The notes beneath the pieces are model-generated. The model was not told where the DNA came from and did not search any database. It was given only the letters and a program-made list of their open reading frames with translations. A DNA stretch of 64,000 bases from Lama glama (Eukaryota), in the NCBI GenBank assembly GCA_028534125.1, contig CM052817.1, positions 72,294,001-72,358,000 on the forward strand, given 5' to 3'. The translations under genes and the position numbers were made by a program. Position 1 is the stretch's first letter; each line of letters opens with the position of its first letter. Positions 37,144 through 51,479 of the stretch are shown one piece after another.

Positions 37144-40100
37144 AATATGGTGAATACATTAGAATCAAGAGCTTATTTCAACCTTTACTGAAAGCCTTCT
37201 CTATTCAGAGTGAATACACAGAGGCCCTGATGTCCAGAATCTCACAGACCCATATAAGGGAGCTGATGGGAAAATAGGCAGCTAATTGATGGAGAATTTT
37301 GACCTCTCACCTCCAAATAAGAAGCATGGATGCCAGGGAGGGCATGTGATCTGACGAGTATCGCACAGTGAATTACTGGCAGATCTGGTCTAAATCTCAA
37401 ATGTATTAATTACATGAACATCAAGAATGTCCCCCAGTACTCTCAGTTCTATGCATTAATGCTACCACATTTGGGTCAAAAGTCCTCTTGGGTTCTGGTT
37501 GACTTTGTTTTATTTCTAAAATGATGTAAATTATAAAATGTTTAAAGTTAAGTTGAAGATAAAAGCAGTTCTCCTGTAAAGGAATGAAGTCATGAGAAGC
37601 AATTTTCTGCCAGCTCCTCACAGTCTGATGACATTCATAGACAAGTAAGTCCAGCCCAGAAGGTAGATTCCTGAGCCTACTCTCACCTGCCGGTAGTCTG
37701 GAACTCCCCCTTTCCCTGTAAAGCATCTTGGGAAGCACACACAGTGTCATTTTAATTATTACTGCTTTATAATTTATAAATAGCCTGAACATATTGGGCA
37801 CATAGGACAATAGGCCCTATTTCTAAATTGTTAGAGAAAATAAAGAATTATATTATTGAATTGCCATAGGACAAGAGGTAAGAAAACTCAAATAGCAAAT
37901 TCTGACAGATACATTACTGGCTGGTAGCTGCTGTTTTTAATGACAGGACACAGCATTATGCAAATCATTCTCAGAAACATTATTCATCCATTTCTCTAGG
38001 GATCGACTTCTCCATGGCTAGTGATTTTTTTCTCAAACACATCGGCACACTGATATCATTAATTTTAGTATTTCGTTGATCTGAAAAAAATATTTTAAGA
38101 GCTGATGAAATGAGTTATTTTGTTTCCTATTTATAAATGCCTTTTTTTTTTAACCATTTAGCAAAAACAACTCCATACTAATGTATATCAGTACACCTGC
38201 AATGACTCAGCAGGTTTATCAGGTCAATAAATATGCTCTTCTAACAATGTCTACCTTTGGTTTTAGCTGTCTACTTGTTTCAATTTTTGTATATTAACCT
38301 AGTGTAGATGGATGAATAATATGAAGTTTCTCTAGTATGTCAAGTAACTATGCCAATGCTAGCAAAGATTTCTGTGGAGCATAACAGTGATCCTGGTTCA
38401 GGAGTGAAGGACTGGAATGGACGAGCTGTGACCAGATGCCATTTTTGTTACTTTCAACTACCACAAGGGGCACACATGTTCCAATACATGCATTTTAATG
38501 ACTATGGACCTTTGCAATCTGTCCCTCATATTTACCACATGTGAAAATCAAGTTAGTTTTAATTATGGATAGGTGAGAAAGAGAGTTGGTTAATGGAAAA
38601 ATCAGGAAACCAGTGGATATATTTTACTCTTTCTCTCTGAAATGAGAACAATAAGAAAATTTGTGATATTTAACTGAATATGTGTAAATACTTTCACATG
38701 TTTGTGTAAATAGATCTCCATTAATGTCTTTGATTTATGATAGCTAAAAATATTCTTTGAGGAATATGAATTAGCTAAATTTTTTAATTAAAAATTATGC
38801 CACCATGTTTAATATTAATTTTACCCCTCATGTTTCATTATCAATATCTTCAATTTAAAAATGTACATCATGCCATTGAGAAATTTACCTAATATGAACC
38901 CAAACTGTTCTTAGCAAAAAGAAAAGTTTTACCTTCACAAACTTCTGTCCATGGTAACCAGTAAGTACAAGTCTATGGGGGAAATGAACATTAAAGTCAA
39001 TATTTCTGGAGTAATAATGAGGACTCTGGGGAAGTGTCTTAAGGTGTCCACTCTTAAATTACACTAGAAATACTTTCAAACACTTCCTTAAGAGAAAGAA
39101 ACTCTAAGAAATTTGCTCTATTCCAATTACTATATCAATGCATAGCTTCCTATTTGTCAATGAAATTCCCCATCCAATATTTGCCCCTATATTTGAAAAT
39201 GTACTGGGACATTTTATACTCTAATTAGCATTCTAAAAGAACATTTAGTACCTGATAGACTTACAGGATTTAAGGACTATTGCTCTATGTTTTTATTCAA
39301 ATAAAGTATTAAGTGAGTATGTAGTCAGGGTCACTTATAATTTATGAAGGATTTTAAATAATGTGTCTATCTAAAATATATATACTATTACATTAATTAA
39401 ATATAAGTTGCTCTAAAATATCTTTAAAAAATTCAATAATTCAACAAAAATTTTAGTGTCTGTTATATCTCTGCACTCAAAGACTTTGTAGTCCATTTGG
39501 GAAGACAGACATACCAAAAAAAAAAAAGGACAAAATTTACATATTACACAAGGTAGTATGTTATAGGTATTATAATAAAAACACAATATTGCAGTTTCAT
39601 CAGTGCAAAAGAGGTTGATGCTAATAATTAGAGAAGTCTAATTTATAATTCCAAGATGCCTTAGGCATGATTTTTATGTGCAAGATACAAACCCATGAGT
39701 TTTTCTTAAACACATGCCCAACTATCTGATAGTTTTTTATAAATTTACACAAATTTTATAAAATTAGTTTTATTATTACCATTTTTAGAGTAGAGAAATA
39801 CATCAATAAATATGTTCCTATTGTTGGCATTTCTTTTTTTTTCTTTCTTTTCTTCCTTTCTAGGGACACAAAATAGGGTAAGATGGCCCAAAACTTACAG
39901 AATCAACAAAAAGATCTCAACTGTCTCTATCCAACCCAATCTCTGCTCCTCTGGCCAGTAATCCATTAGAAAAAAAAAGTTGTGAAAATCATAGATCATT
40001 TCACTTGGTATGTACAGCTTCTCATCTATGTAGCAGAAGGGATTTATGTACCAGAAAACCTTTGGTGAAAATTGCACATAACCTCACAGCAGCAGTCAGT

Positions 40101-40457
40101 TGAATTAGATCTTCAAAGAGTAGAGTTATAGCTTGGTTGGAGAAGACATCTTCAGAGACGCTTTGTCACTGTTTCAAATTTATCTTGATTAAGGGCTACA
40201 CAGTTGAGAAAGGATTCAGAGCAACAAAAACACAGTTCAACTGAGATTCACACCAACCTTATACACTATACAGGAACAGAAGTGGGTAAGAAGAAGACTT
40301 TCAGGAGGAGAAAAATGGCTCACAGAGAACAGAATCAGGGACATCTTGGAAAAGACTAAAAGAAAGGTGTCTGATCTCCTGCTTCTGTACTGACTTCGAG
40401 GAAATAAAGATCTCACAGTGTCATAGCTTTCAAAGGTAAACTCTAATTAAGTTATGT

Positions 40458-40480
40458 TGTGTGTGTGTGTGTGTGTGTGT
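40458..40480. repeat. (TG)n microsatellite
   Basis: Read directly. Confidence 0.9.
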
Positions 40481-40639
40481 TGGAAATATAGAGAAGACTA
40501 GCTGTACGTGTTACTCCCTTTTCATCTGTTAGATTCTTAGGAGTTAAAAACAAGATTGCATTAAACTTTTTTCAGGCATAAAATAAGAAGTATATGATAA
40601 CACATTTTTGCCAGAGAAGTAAATGAGAACTAAAGGGGA

Positions 40640-41090
40640 TCAGAAGAGACTGAAATGGGGAATTGGTTTAATTTGGGAAGTTGCAGACCTTCTCTGAGTA
40701 AACGATATTTAAACAGGTATCTCAAAAATGAGAAGTTATTCAAGTGAACAGTGAGGGCAAGACAGTGCCAGGCAGAGGGAACAGCATGTGCAAAAATGAA
40801 TGGGTGAGAAAAAGTATGCCAAGCTTGTGTGACTGCAGCATGGAGGGTAAGGGAAATAGGACGAGAAATGAGTCTTGGGAGTGAAGCAGGGGATGGAGTA
40901 TGCAACGTCTGACAGCTACAGTAAGGATTTTGAACTTTTTTTATATACTAATTTCAACTGGATTGTATTGAAGAGCTTTATCAGAGAACTGATATGATAA
41001 GATTCTTTTGGAAAGCACACTGCATGACTGCTGGGTGGAGAATGAATTGGGGTGAACAAGAGAGGAAACAGTACAGTTAGGATGTGAGAT
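40640..41090 (-). mobile_element. L2 LINE relic
   Basis: ccaggcagagggaacagcatgtgcaaa; gtaaggattttgaactttt; ttgaagagctttatcagagaactgatatgat. Confidence 0.75.
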
Positions 41091-42254
41091 GTTCCCTTCC
41101 TTCTTACTGTAAGAACTTTGATTTTGTCTAAGGTAGCCATTTGCCTAATCTTCCTGGCACTAAGAGGCAGTCATTATACACAGTCCTGGCCAAAGAGATA
41201 CAAGCACAAGTTGCTGCATGAAACATCTGGGGAAACTTTATAGTATGGAAGGTTAGGTTTAGCAAACAAAAACAGGTGGGAGGAGAGATTACATATTGTA
41301 TCATACGCTAAAGTTTAAGATCAGATGCAAAGTTTGAACTTGTGCCTTATGGTCTCAGCACGTTGGCCTCTTCAGAACTGTCTAACTTGTGGCCATGTGA
41401 AATTCCATTGTCATGCTTGCTCCAACATAGTCCAAAGACCACCACCACCAGGTGGGGGACACTCTTACAAGAAGGAAAGCGTCCATGGTGTCAAAAGCAT
41501 CATTATGAGAAGATGTTTGATAATCATGGTGGTCTCAGCAGAGGGATTTTGGAGGGAGTTTTGGCCTTTGGAAGATTAGAGATCATAGATGACTTCCTTT
41601 AGGAACTGGCATTGGAAGTAAGCTCCGATACATGAGTAGAAATTACTTTGGTTTGAAAAACAGTATGTGTGAAGGGCATGAAGTGCGAAAGAGCCTGGAG
41701 TGTGGAAGGCACTGAAGGGGATTTGGAGCACTGAGCTGTTTATTTGATTTCTGGTGTATTTCAGGCACTTTGGTGCGGGATACCAAGGAACTTGCATAAC
41801 ACTTAAAATCAATCATATATATATGTATATATATGTGTGTGTAAAATATGTACACACACCATTCACTCTGATGATTCTTTAGTTCCTTTTTGTTTTTCTG
41901 CAAAGATCTCTTCATTTACAGTTGAATCTCTTTCATTTATTATGGACAAGAGGCTATCAGCCATTTGCCACACCATGGCGAAGTGCTTGGCGTGCACTCT
42001 GCTTGGTCAGTTAAATATTTAGAATAGCCTGACTGATGATAGAGACCTTTGGGTAAATCACATTTATTTCTGTGCTTTGGTTAAATCACATTTATTTCTG
42101 TATCATTACGCTTGAATCTTATGTAAACTTATTAACACTTGTTAATTAAAGCAATGTGGGTTTCATTGGCTGAGCACAACACAATTATTACTCGGCCAAG
42201 ACAACTTTATGGTTATCGTCTCAAATATCTGAATGATAAATGCATTCTTAGCTT

Positions 42255-42450
42255 TTTTGAGTACTTTCCACATACTATTTTAAGCACTTTACATCTGTTA
42301 TTTTCTTTTATCTTCAAAACAGCCCTATGAAAAAGGCACAATTTTTATCTTCATTTCACAGATGAGAATAAAAGAGACACAGAGATGTCAGGTGCCCTCT
42401 TGAAGGTCATACAGCTATAATCAGTCATAGACCCGGGATCTGAACCTAGC
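42255..42450 (-). mobile_element. MIR SINE
   Basis: taagcactttaca...tcttcaaaacagccctatga...catttcacagatgagaa...aaggtcatacagct...gggatctgaacctag. Confidence 0.8.
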
Positions 42451-45334
42451 CACACCAGCTCTTACTCTAATCCTATACAGTCATTGTACAAAATTTTAAC
42501 TCTTCAGTTGGCTATAATTGCATTTCATGGTTTTATAGCTAGAATTTGGCAAATCAGATTAATTACCTTGGGAATAATTATTCTCCACGTCTTCCTCACT
42601 AAAACCACCAAAAAGACCCCAAATAATTGGTTCTGCTCTCCCCTATTTATTTAAGATTTGTGAATTGTTTCCACTTCCATGTCTTCTTTTATCCCTATTT
42701 GGTGCATATAAGATATTTATGCAAATAGAGTAACATGGCCCTGAATTGATCTCAAATATAATAGGTTACAAGATGCATATAAAAATGTGTCTAGGAAAAA
42801 GAGTTAAGATTTGACATAATGTCATCCAAGGAACCAACTGTAGAACTTAGATAGACAAGTTCATGGTTTTTTCCAGACAGTAAAATACATTATTTTATAG
42901 ATGATCATACACTCAGTTAGGGACTCAGTAAACTAGTGAATGTGACTTGGAAATATACCAAATAACTAACCCTACATATTCACACATCTTCTCTCCTTCA
43001 ACCTCTCTTTCTTCAATATTCCTTAACTTAGAGAACAGCTTGGTGCCAAAAATAAAGCAGCATTCTAGACATCCTTCTCCTTCACTACATACCACAGAAA
43101 ATTAAGAATAAATGATCAGCCCCGGCCCCATCCTAGCAGAAGGCTCACACCTGCTCAGCCTGTTTAAATTTTGAGAAAGAAAACAATGTTTATCATACTT
43201 AGAGAACTTACTGGGTTCTACCCAACAAGAAAGTGACTGTGGTCATCTGTAGTGATTTAAGTCAAAGTGTGAATGAAACGTTTTCAGTTACAAAATACTT
43301 AGCTACTTGCTTTGAAGATTTCTATAGCTATAAGTCACTATTTGGGGTGCATCTGTGTGTGCTTGATTTTGTAAATATTCTCCTTGTCAAAATGGTTTCA
43401 CAAATGGCTACAAATGGCTTGAAAGTTATTAGAGGCAGATTGAGGTAAATAATGAAATTAAAACCACTGTGTCTGATGATCTAAATGAGCAGGTGTCTTT
43501 TATGAGAGGAATCTTGGAAAATTCCCCCAAATTACAATGATGCACAATACAGCTCTACAAAAATTATTCACATGAACTTTTTTGGATAAATTTTTGAAAG
43601 TCTCAGTGATTCTAATATAAATTTATTTGAGTTTTCTGGCACTGGTAGGCAGCTTTTGAAAGACAAATATATTACCAATGTAATAGATATTTCATTTGGG
43701 CACAAACTATTAAAACCATTAGAGTTCATCTCAAAGTTTCCGGTAACAAAAGTTACATAAAAAAGAAACAAATAAATCATATTTTTAAAAAGTGCTCAAA
43801 AGTACCTGCATATATTGTCTATTTCATGGTTATATCTACTAACAGTATAAGATTCTATTTAAGTCATTCCATGGGTTTTTTTCTTACATATTTTCTGCTA
43901 CTTCTTTCATCTCTCCTTTTTTCTCCTCTTCTAGCTTCTCCATTTTTCTCTTCTCTCTTTTTCCTTTTGCCAGAAAATTGATACTGAAATGATTATGACA
44001 AATGATTAAATCATGATTGGCCCAAACTAGGTCACGGATCCATCCCAGTGACTAGGGACACAAGTTTCCTAAAATGGCAAGGCTGCATCATAAATCACAA
44101 GAAGGACATTTATACAAAACCAGAGAAGGGTTGTTCCTCCTCTTGATGATAAATGCTCACCTGCTTCCCTACAATTACAGAGCTCATAGTCATAAAATGT
44201 GATTTGTACATGGTCATTATAGCTATAATGTCTAAAGTCTTCAAACAAGCAAACTGCTCACCTCTGAAATTCTGAACATTTCATATGCACTTTGCTGCAT
44301 GATAATTTATGTGCTTATTTTCTCCTACATCTAGATTTTAAACTGCCTAAGGGTGAAATATATACTTGATTTCTCTTAAAAACTCACCTGACATATAACA
44401 AAATATTTTGCAGTGAGAGTCAGTGTATGTACTCGGAACTGAGCAATCGTTCAATTGTAAAAATTTTCCTTCAATACACTTGGTAATTTTCTTACTGGTT
44501 ATATGCAAATCCAAACACATTTCTTGTCAGAGAAGAGTAAAAATAATAGCATAGAGAAAACGTGTTTGTTTCATAACTCTGAGTTCACATTCAGTAATAA
44601 TTTTATGCAATCCACATACAGAATAAAAATTTGCTGACTTTTAAAAATATTTTCTCATAAACACACCTAAAAATCATGAACATCTTTATTCAAGTATCTA
44701 TTTTGAAATAATTTAACATATCTTTGACATATGCTTTAACACACAGTAGGAAAAATTTATTTTTTCTTACTAATCCAGACTTGAGTCACATCTATGAAAT
44801 CTTAGACATAAAGGACATCCTGAGTTATCCTGCTAAACAGTGGTGGAAATTTTCCGATTAAGAAACTTTGATATAGAATAGTTGTACCTAACAAATCTCC
44901 ATTACAGTTTCCAAACACAGATATAAATCCCACCCAATAAATATTGCTTGGCATGTTACCTCAGTTTGCATTGTCTCCAAAACAATGATATCTTTTTGTG
45001 TGTGTGTGTGCTTGATTTTATTTCAGATGTCACCGTACATCCATATAGAATCGACTAGATTTTCGGTTATCGTTAAACCCTTTTGAAGACATCATGGCAC
45101 TGCCTCTGAAGATTTACTTTTGTGACAGGCTTTGAACTTTTAACACCGGTACTGCAATCTTTATGCAGTACACTTGAGAAGGAGATCTGCCATGCCAACT
45201 GTCTGTTTCACTGCAGCTGTGACACAAAATCTGGAAGTTTGTATTGGAGAGGCAGCAATAGGCACAGATGTTGGGCAGTGATAGCAGGCATTTCTCAGTC
45301 ACCCTTATGGAGACGACAGCACATGTGCACGCGT

Positions 45335-45364
45335 ACACACACACACACACACACATGCACACAC
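45335..45364. repeat. (AC)n microsatellite
   Basis: Read directly; produces the THTH run in ORF 45122-45541. Confidence 0.9.
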
Positions 45365-47039
45365 TCAAATGAGGTTGCAGAAGAAGCTGAATTTCTTCTG
45401 ACGATCCTGGTCTCCTGGGGGGTTGGTTACTTAAGATTTAGAGGAGTCTTTGTCATTACTGGACTCCTTCCTGTCTTTGCAGGGATGGATGATTTGGAAA
45501 ATCCAAATTGCTTGCTTTGTATCTTCCAACTCTACAGCTGAGGTTGGGCAGGCTTTCAAGATGAGCTACTTGAACAAATAGAATTGCAGGCACAGATCCA
45601 ACATTTCCCAGGGTGCACTGCAGTCTAGCTAACAAAGCGAGCTTCTTAGCATACAGAGAGTGGCAAGGCATCTTATTTACCTTCACTTCGGATTGTATGT
45701 TTTATGCACCCAGAATAGACAAAAGGCAACATGACTACTAGGATTTTATTCACATTAATTTGTAGCAGATGGAAAAATTCGTGTTTTTCCAAGATATTTG
45801 TGGTAAAGCAACCCTTACTGAAGAAGAAAAAGAAATATGGTATTCAGCTGTTTGCTAAATTGGTCATTTATATTAATGTATTTTAGAAGCAATTCTTTTA
45901 TTAAGTGATTTTAATGTAGTGGGTGTATGGGATTAGCATGGTGTTACATTCAGCTGGCCTAAATTAAAGCTGTGCAAAACTCGTAAAAATTTAATGTAAT
46001 TGGCAAAATGTCTTTTCTCCCCCTTTGAATGAGGTTTTGAAACCTACCACGTCTTCAGAGAATTTGTATTGGCTCCAAATAGCCTGGGCAATATATATTT
46101 TAGAAATGTTCATGCTGAAATGTCAGTGCTTATGAAACTGGAGTATCTTCCTCAAGGGCCCCTCTGATGTCTTTCTCCTTTTTTTGCCTCAGTTTTCTGT
46201 CCTGTAACTTGCTTGGCTCAAGAATCTCTGGGGCATCTGGTTGGCATTGCTCTAATTACACATAAACCGTAGATGTATGCATTAGTAACATTTTCTACTA
46301 AACCTGACCATTCAGGCACATCATTAAGTCAGCATGCTAAAAGATACCCTAATCCTGCACTGCAGTCACCAAATATATATGAAACTCTTAGCTGGAAAAG
46401 GCTCTGCCCATTAAGTGATCATTGGCATCATAGACATTGAATTTATTTATCTATTTCTACTACAGATAGAGGAAATCTTAGAATAAGTTATTTATAACTG
46501 AAGAGTTCTTAGGTGTATTTATTCACAGGCATTCACACCATGACCTTATGGTTAAAGCTTTCTTATTTAATCATTTTTGTTCTGTTTTTGAGTAGGTCCA
46601 AAATGAATTCTCATGTTCTTTACAACAAACCAAACACCATTACTTAAATATTATGTAAGTTCCAAACTGGCCCATTTGTTTTCCGAATTCACAGGCTCTC
46701 CATAATTGAAAAAAATGCACTTACCATAAGGGTAATTTAGCTCATTGTAAAATAAAAAGAAAGCTTTTAAACACACTGTATTTTTTAAAAATTATTTCTT
46801 GGGAAATTAAGTGTTCTCACAAATGAAATAATCCCAGTCAACCTTCAACACCAAGTGTGCAAAAGGCCTGTACAAATGGTGACAAGTAATTTCCACATCT
46901 ATATCCCATTTATCCTCAGAAAACCCTGACGGTGTTGAATATCCTATCTTCCTTTAATAAACGTCTATACCTACAACTCAACATAGAGTTTGTCTTCAAT
47001 AAGTTGACATCCCTGAAAGACGCAGGTACTTCTCATTTT

Positions 47040-47890
47040 TTTGAGCTTTATATATTGATGTGTTCAAGAATTTAGTCTTTTGACCACCTTTCTGTGTAAA
47101 ACTTTTGCTGTCTTATGAATTCTCTGAAAGTCATATGAGCCTATTAATCTCTTGTGCTTGAAACATCTTCTCTAGGATTCAGTAACATTTACTCTCCTGG
47201 TAAGATACTCTCCTTATCTTGGTTTGTTCCTTCTCAGTCTACTTTACAAATTTCTCTTCATTGACTCTCCCATAAGGAAACGTCCTAACTCTCCTGTTGT
47301 TATCTTCTCCTGAGAATATCTTCTCTACTAACATGGCTCCATTTGGCCTCTAGAGGCCAAAGATTCTCAATTCCATACTGATGGGTCATAATCTTTAGCC
47401 TGCATTATTGTAATAAACTACTGTCTGATGGACCCAAATGACTTGATTTGTTTCAAACAATTCAGTTCCTGTGATAAAAGGGATTTTTCCAAAATGAATT
47501 CTGAGCATGTTAGTCTATGCTTAAAATCCTTAAATGAGCTCTCATTGATCTTAGATAAAAATCTAAACTCTCTGTCTAGACCTTGGAAACCTCACCACTT
47601 TACTCCCCTAATTCAATCCCTCCTGAAGTATATGGTATAGATTACATTGATTCTTTCAGTTCCTTTAATAAGTACACCCAGGGCCTCTGGACATTTGTAC
47701 ATGCAGCTCCATCTCTGCAACCACACAATTTTACTTCTTCTTCTGGGTAAGTCCATGGCATCTCTTAGATTTCAGCTTATATGTTAATTGAAGAGCAAGA
47801 TTTTCTTGACTCAACGCTTTACATAAACTATATTATACTTTATTTTATTTATTATTTAAGCATCTATTTTTCTTCCATCTGTAGTCCTTG
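47040..47890 (+). mobile_element. L2 LINE relic
   Basis: cttgaaacatcttctctagg; aaagggatttttccaaaatgaattctgagcatgt...tgcttaaaatccttaaatgagctctcattg...ataaaaatctaaactc. Confidence 0.65.
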
Positions 47891-48539
47891 AAATAAAAAA
47901 TTGTATTATCAGAACCTACCATAAATTCTCAATATTTGCCAGGGACACAGAGACAAAAGAAATTGCCTCTATACACTGGGGGTTCAGACTGGTAGCAGAG
48001 ACAGATAAGAAAGTGAACTATTAAAAAGAGTATAAAGACGGAATGAAGTTCTTGAGAACAAGACCAGAGAGTGTATTTCAGGCCTAAGAGGAGGACCAGA
48101 TTTTAATACAAGAGCCTCAGAGCCTCTCTAGTCTCTGTGAAGGGTAAGGCTAGTGAAAGGAATACAGAAGATTTAAGAAATTGGGATAGAAGAAAAAATG
48201 GCATTAGTAGTTATCACTGTAAGAGGAAAAAATGAACTTTCTAGAGAAACATAAGTGAGCTTTTGGACTTCCAGGCCATGTTGAGAGCCCATGTGAGACT
48301 ACTGATTATAAACTCAAAGTGAGACCTTTAGACATGGTTGTGTGATTTTTCTCCAGCTGCAATTAGCTGCTTGGGTGCAGGTGATGAAAAGGTGGATGGC
48401 TGAATTAGTCCAGAATACATTTTGAAAACACAGAATGATAAATCCTTTGCCTAGAGGCAAAAGAGGGCCAAGTAATTCAGATTGCAGGGATCAAAGCAGT
48501 CTTTCAAAACTCCTTTGGGGAGTTTTTCGGTAAAGGAGA

Positions 48540-48925
48540 ATTTGAAGAAAAAGTACAGTGGGGCATTTCAGGTAAAGGAAAGTACATGTGCCCAGATCCA
48601 GGCAAGTGAAAGAGCATGGTGTTTTCAAGGATATGTAAGGAAGAAATTCAGGATGCCTGGAACACCAGCATAAAGTGGTAGAAAGAGAAGGGTGTGGTGG
48701 CCAGATCCTAAAGGAATTTAAAGAATGTGTTATGGAGATTATATTGATACTGAAAATATGGGGTGCTATTAAAGGTTTTAAACAGAAGAGTGATACTTAG
48801 CATTGCTCTGGCAGTAGGGTGTAAAATGAATTTGAGTGGAGGAGGCATGTAAACTGCATAGCTGCCATTGTCCAATTAGGAAAAAATGAGGGAGAGATTG
48901 AATTTAGGTGATGGTGACAGATATG
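48540..48925 (-). mobile_element. L2 LINE relic
   Basis: catttcaggtaaaggaaagtacatgtgcc...agagcatggtgttttcaagga; gctattaaaggttttaaacagaagagtgata. Confidence 0.7.
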
Positions 48926-49104
48926 ATGATGATGATGCAGTGGATTAGACTAAAAAAATTCTCAGAGAGATTAAATGATTTATATAAGATCCCACAAGAC
49001 AGTGGTGGAAGTAAAACTAATACCCAGACCTGACTCCAAGGCCAGTGCTCTTCCCACTATACTAATGAGAAGTTCCTCAAAGTTGAAGACTATATATTGC
49101 TCAT

Positions 49105-50252
49105 AATTTTTAATTAATTTTTATTAATTATTTTAGAGCAGTTTTAAGTTTACGGCAAAAATTGAGCAGAAGGTCCAGAGATTTCCTATACACTCCCTGC
49201 TCCTACTCCTGCATAACCTCCCTTATGATCAATATTCCAGTACAACACCAGTTGGACATTTGTTACAACTGATGAACCTAAACTGACACATCACTATTAC
49301 CCAAAGTCCCGAGTTTACACTAGATTCACTCTTGGTGGTGTACGTTCTATGGGTTTGCACAAATATATTCACAATTACAATGATCATACACAGTCATTGC
49401 ACTGCCCTAAAAATCCTCTGTGCTCAACCAATTTATCCTTTCCTTCTCCCAACCCTTAGCAATCACTGACATTTTTATTACTCCCAAAGTTTTGTCTTTT
49501 ACAGAATGTCATATAGTTGGAATCATACAGTATTTAACATTTTCAGATTGGCTTCTTTCACTTGGCAATGTGTATTTACATTTCCTCCATGTCTTTCCAT
49601 GGCTTGATAACTTGTTTCTTTTTAGTGTTGAATAATATTCTGCTGTCTGGATGTACCATAGTTCATTTATCCCTTCATCTACTGAAGGACATCTTGGTTG
49701 CTTCCAAGTTTGGGCAGTTATGAATGAAGCTGCTATTAACATTTGAATGCAAGTTTTTGTGTGGACGTAAGTTTCCAGCTCCTTTGCATAAATACTGAGT
49801 TCAATTTCTGGATCATATGGTAAGAATATGTTTAGGTTTGTTAGAAATTTCTAAACAGTTTTCCAAAGTGGCTGTGCATTCTCACTAACAATGAATGAGA
49901 GTTCCTGTTGCTCCACATTTTCACCAGCATTTGGTGTTGCCAGTGTTCTGGATAATGGCTGTTCTAATAGGTATATAGTGGTATCTTCTTGGTTTAACCT
50001 TCATTTCCCTCATGAAATATATAGTATGGAGTATCTTTTTATATGCTTATTTGCCATCTTTATATCTTCTTTGGTGAGGTGTCTGTTTAAGGTCTTTGTC
50101 TCATTTTTTGATTGGATTTTTCTTTTACCAATTGTTGAATTTAAAAATCTTGTGCACATTTTAGATAAAACAGCATTTTATCAGATATGTCTTTTGCAAA
50201 TATTTCCTCCTAGCCCGTGGCTTGTCTTCTTGTTCTGTTAACTTTGTCTTTT
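49105..50252 (-). mobile_element. L1 (L1MB/MC-type) 3' UTR and ORF2 end
   Basis: ttttagagcagttttaagtttacggcaaaaattgagcagaagg; ORF 49509-49742 (AASFITAQTWKQPRCPSVDEGINELWYIQTAEYY) is the L1 ORF2 C-terminus. Confidence 0.9.
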
Positions 50253-51128
50253 GATGACTTACTCATCTTCTATGCTCAGTGTCTAACTCAAGTGTAGACA
50301 TAGTGGAACTGAATAGCAGGGAATTGAATTATCTCATGCTGGTCTGGGCAGAAATCACAGAGATGGTTTATGCATATTTAACAGCTATTCTTTATTCTGA
50401 AGAAAGAAGAACACCCGGAAATTTAGAGCTTTAACATAGAAATTTGGGTGATAAATTTGATTCTTCTTTATTTGATTTGACTTTAAAAAATATCAGATGC
50501 ATTTCATCTTTCTGTCACTTTTTGTCTACTTTTCCTCCCAAAACTATCCTATCATCACCCACTAGTACCCTCTCCAGACTCATTTAAATCATTTTGAACA
50601 ACACACCTGTTTGCTAGTACCCTAACTTGCAAAGTTGCTCAACTCCTCTTTTCATTTATTTCATGAATGCAGCACTCATCATGTCTGCAAACTGAATACT
50701 CTTAGTAGCAGGACCTGTAATATCTACCCTTTAGGTAATACGAAATACTACATCTAATGCACATGCAATGCTGTGTGAGGCAGCAGGCGGAATAGCAGCT
50801 ATTAAGTGTCGTGTGTCCGCACATTCACTTTAAAATCTAGGTGAAATCTGAAACTTGGATATGTGAGAAAATTAGATGTTCTATTCCAATTTTCTTAGCA
50901 TTTAAAAGTGTGCGAAAATGAAATAAAATAAATAAAATAGAATATGGCATCAAGAAGCAAATGAAGAGGATGACAATACAGAAATGAAATGATCCAGATG
51001 GCTGGCCACTGTGGTTACAACTGAGTTCCAAAAGACTTAATGACTGTACAACATGAGATGCAAGTTCACTTGTACAGGCATCACATGCATTGCAGAAGTC
51101 ATGATTTTCCAAGCCCACTGTCCAGTGG

Positions 51129-51479
51129 TGCTCGGTTCTGAGTGTTTGTGTCTTCTCAAAATTCACGTGTGAAATCCTATCCCCCACAGATGATGATATT
51201 AGGAGGTGGGGGCCTTTCCTAGGTGGTTAGATCATGAGGATGGAGCCCTCAAGAATGCGATTAGTGTTCTTGTAAGAGATTCCACAGAGATCCCAAGGTC
51301 TTCCCACCACGTGAAAATACAACAGGAAATTTGCAACCAGGATGAGGGCCTTTACCCCACCATGCTGGCCCGTGGATCTCAGTCTTCCAGCCTCCACAAC
51401 TGTAGGAAATAAATTCCATTCATTCACAAGCCCCCTAGGCTGTGCTATCTTGTTACAGGAGCCTGAATGGACTAAAACA
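51129..51479 (+). mobile_element. MaLR solo LTR (MLT1A-like), apparently complete
   Basis: TG...ACA termini; aaaattcacgtgtgaaatccta, gatcatgaggatggagccctc, cttccagcctccacaactgtaggaaataaatt. 5-bp TSD AGTGG (51124-51128) versus AATGG (51480-51484). Confidence 0.9.

Noticed and set aside
41090..41810. Probable MLT1/L2 fragments and overlapping ORFs
   Set aside because: Too diverged to assign boundaries or family by eye; the ORFs show no homology.
9235..47755. Isolated GTAAG/GTGAG donor-like motifs (e.g. after 9241, near 34930, 36387, 37878, 38572, 47746)
   Set aside because: Expected by chance in AT-rich DNA, with no convincing paired acceptor.
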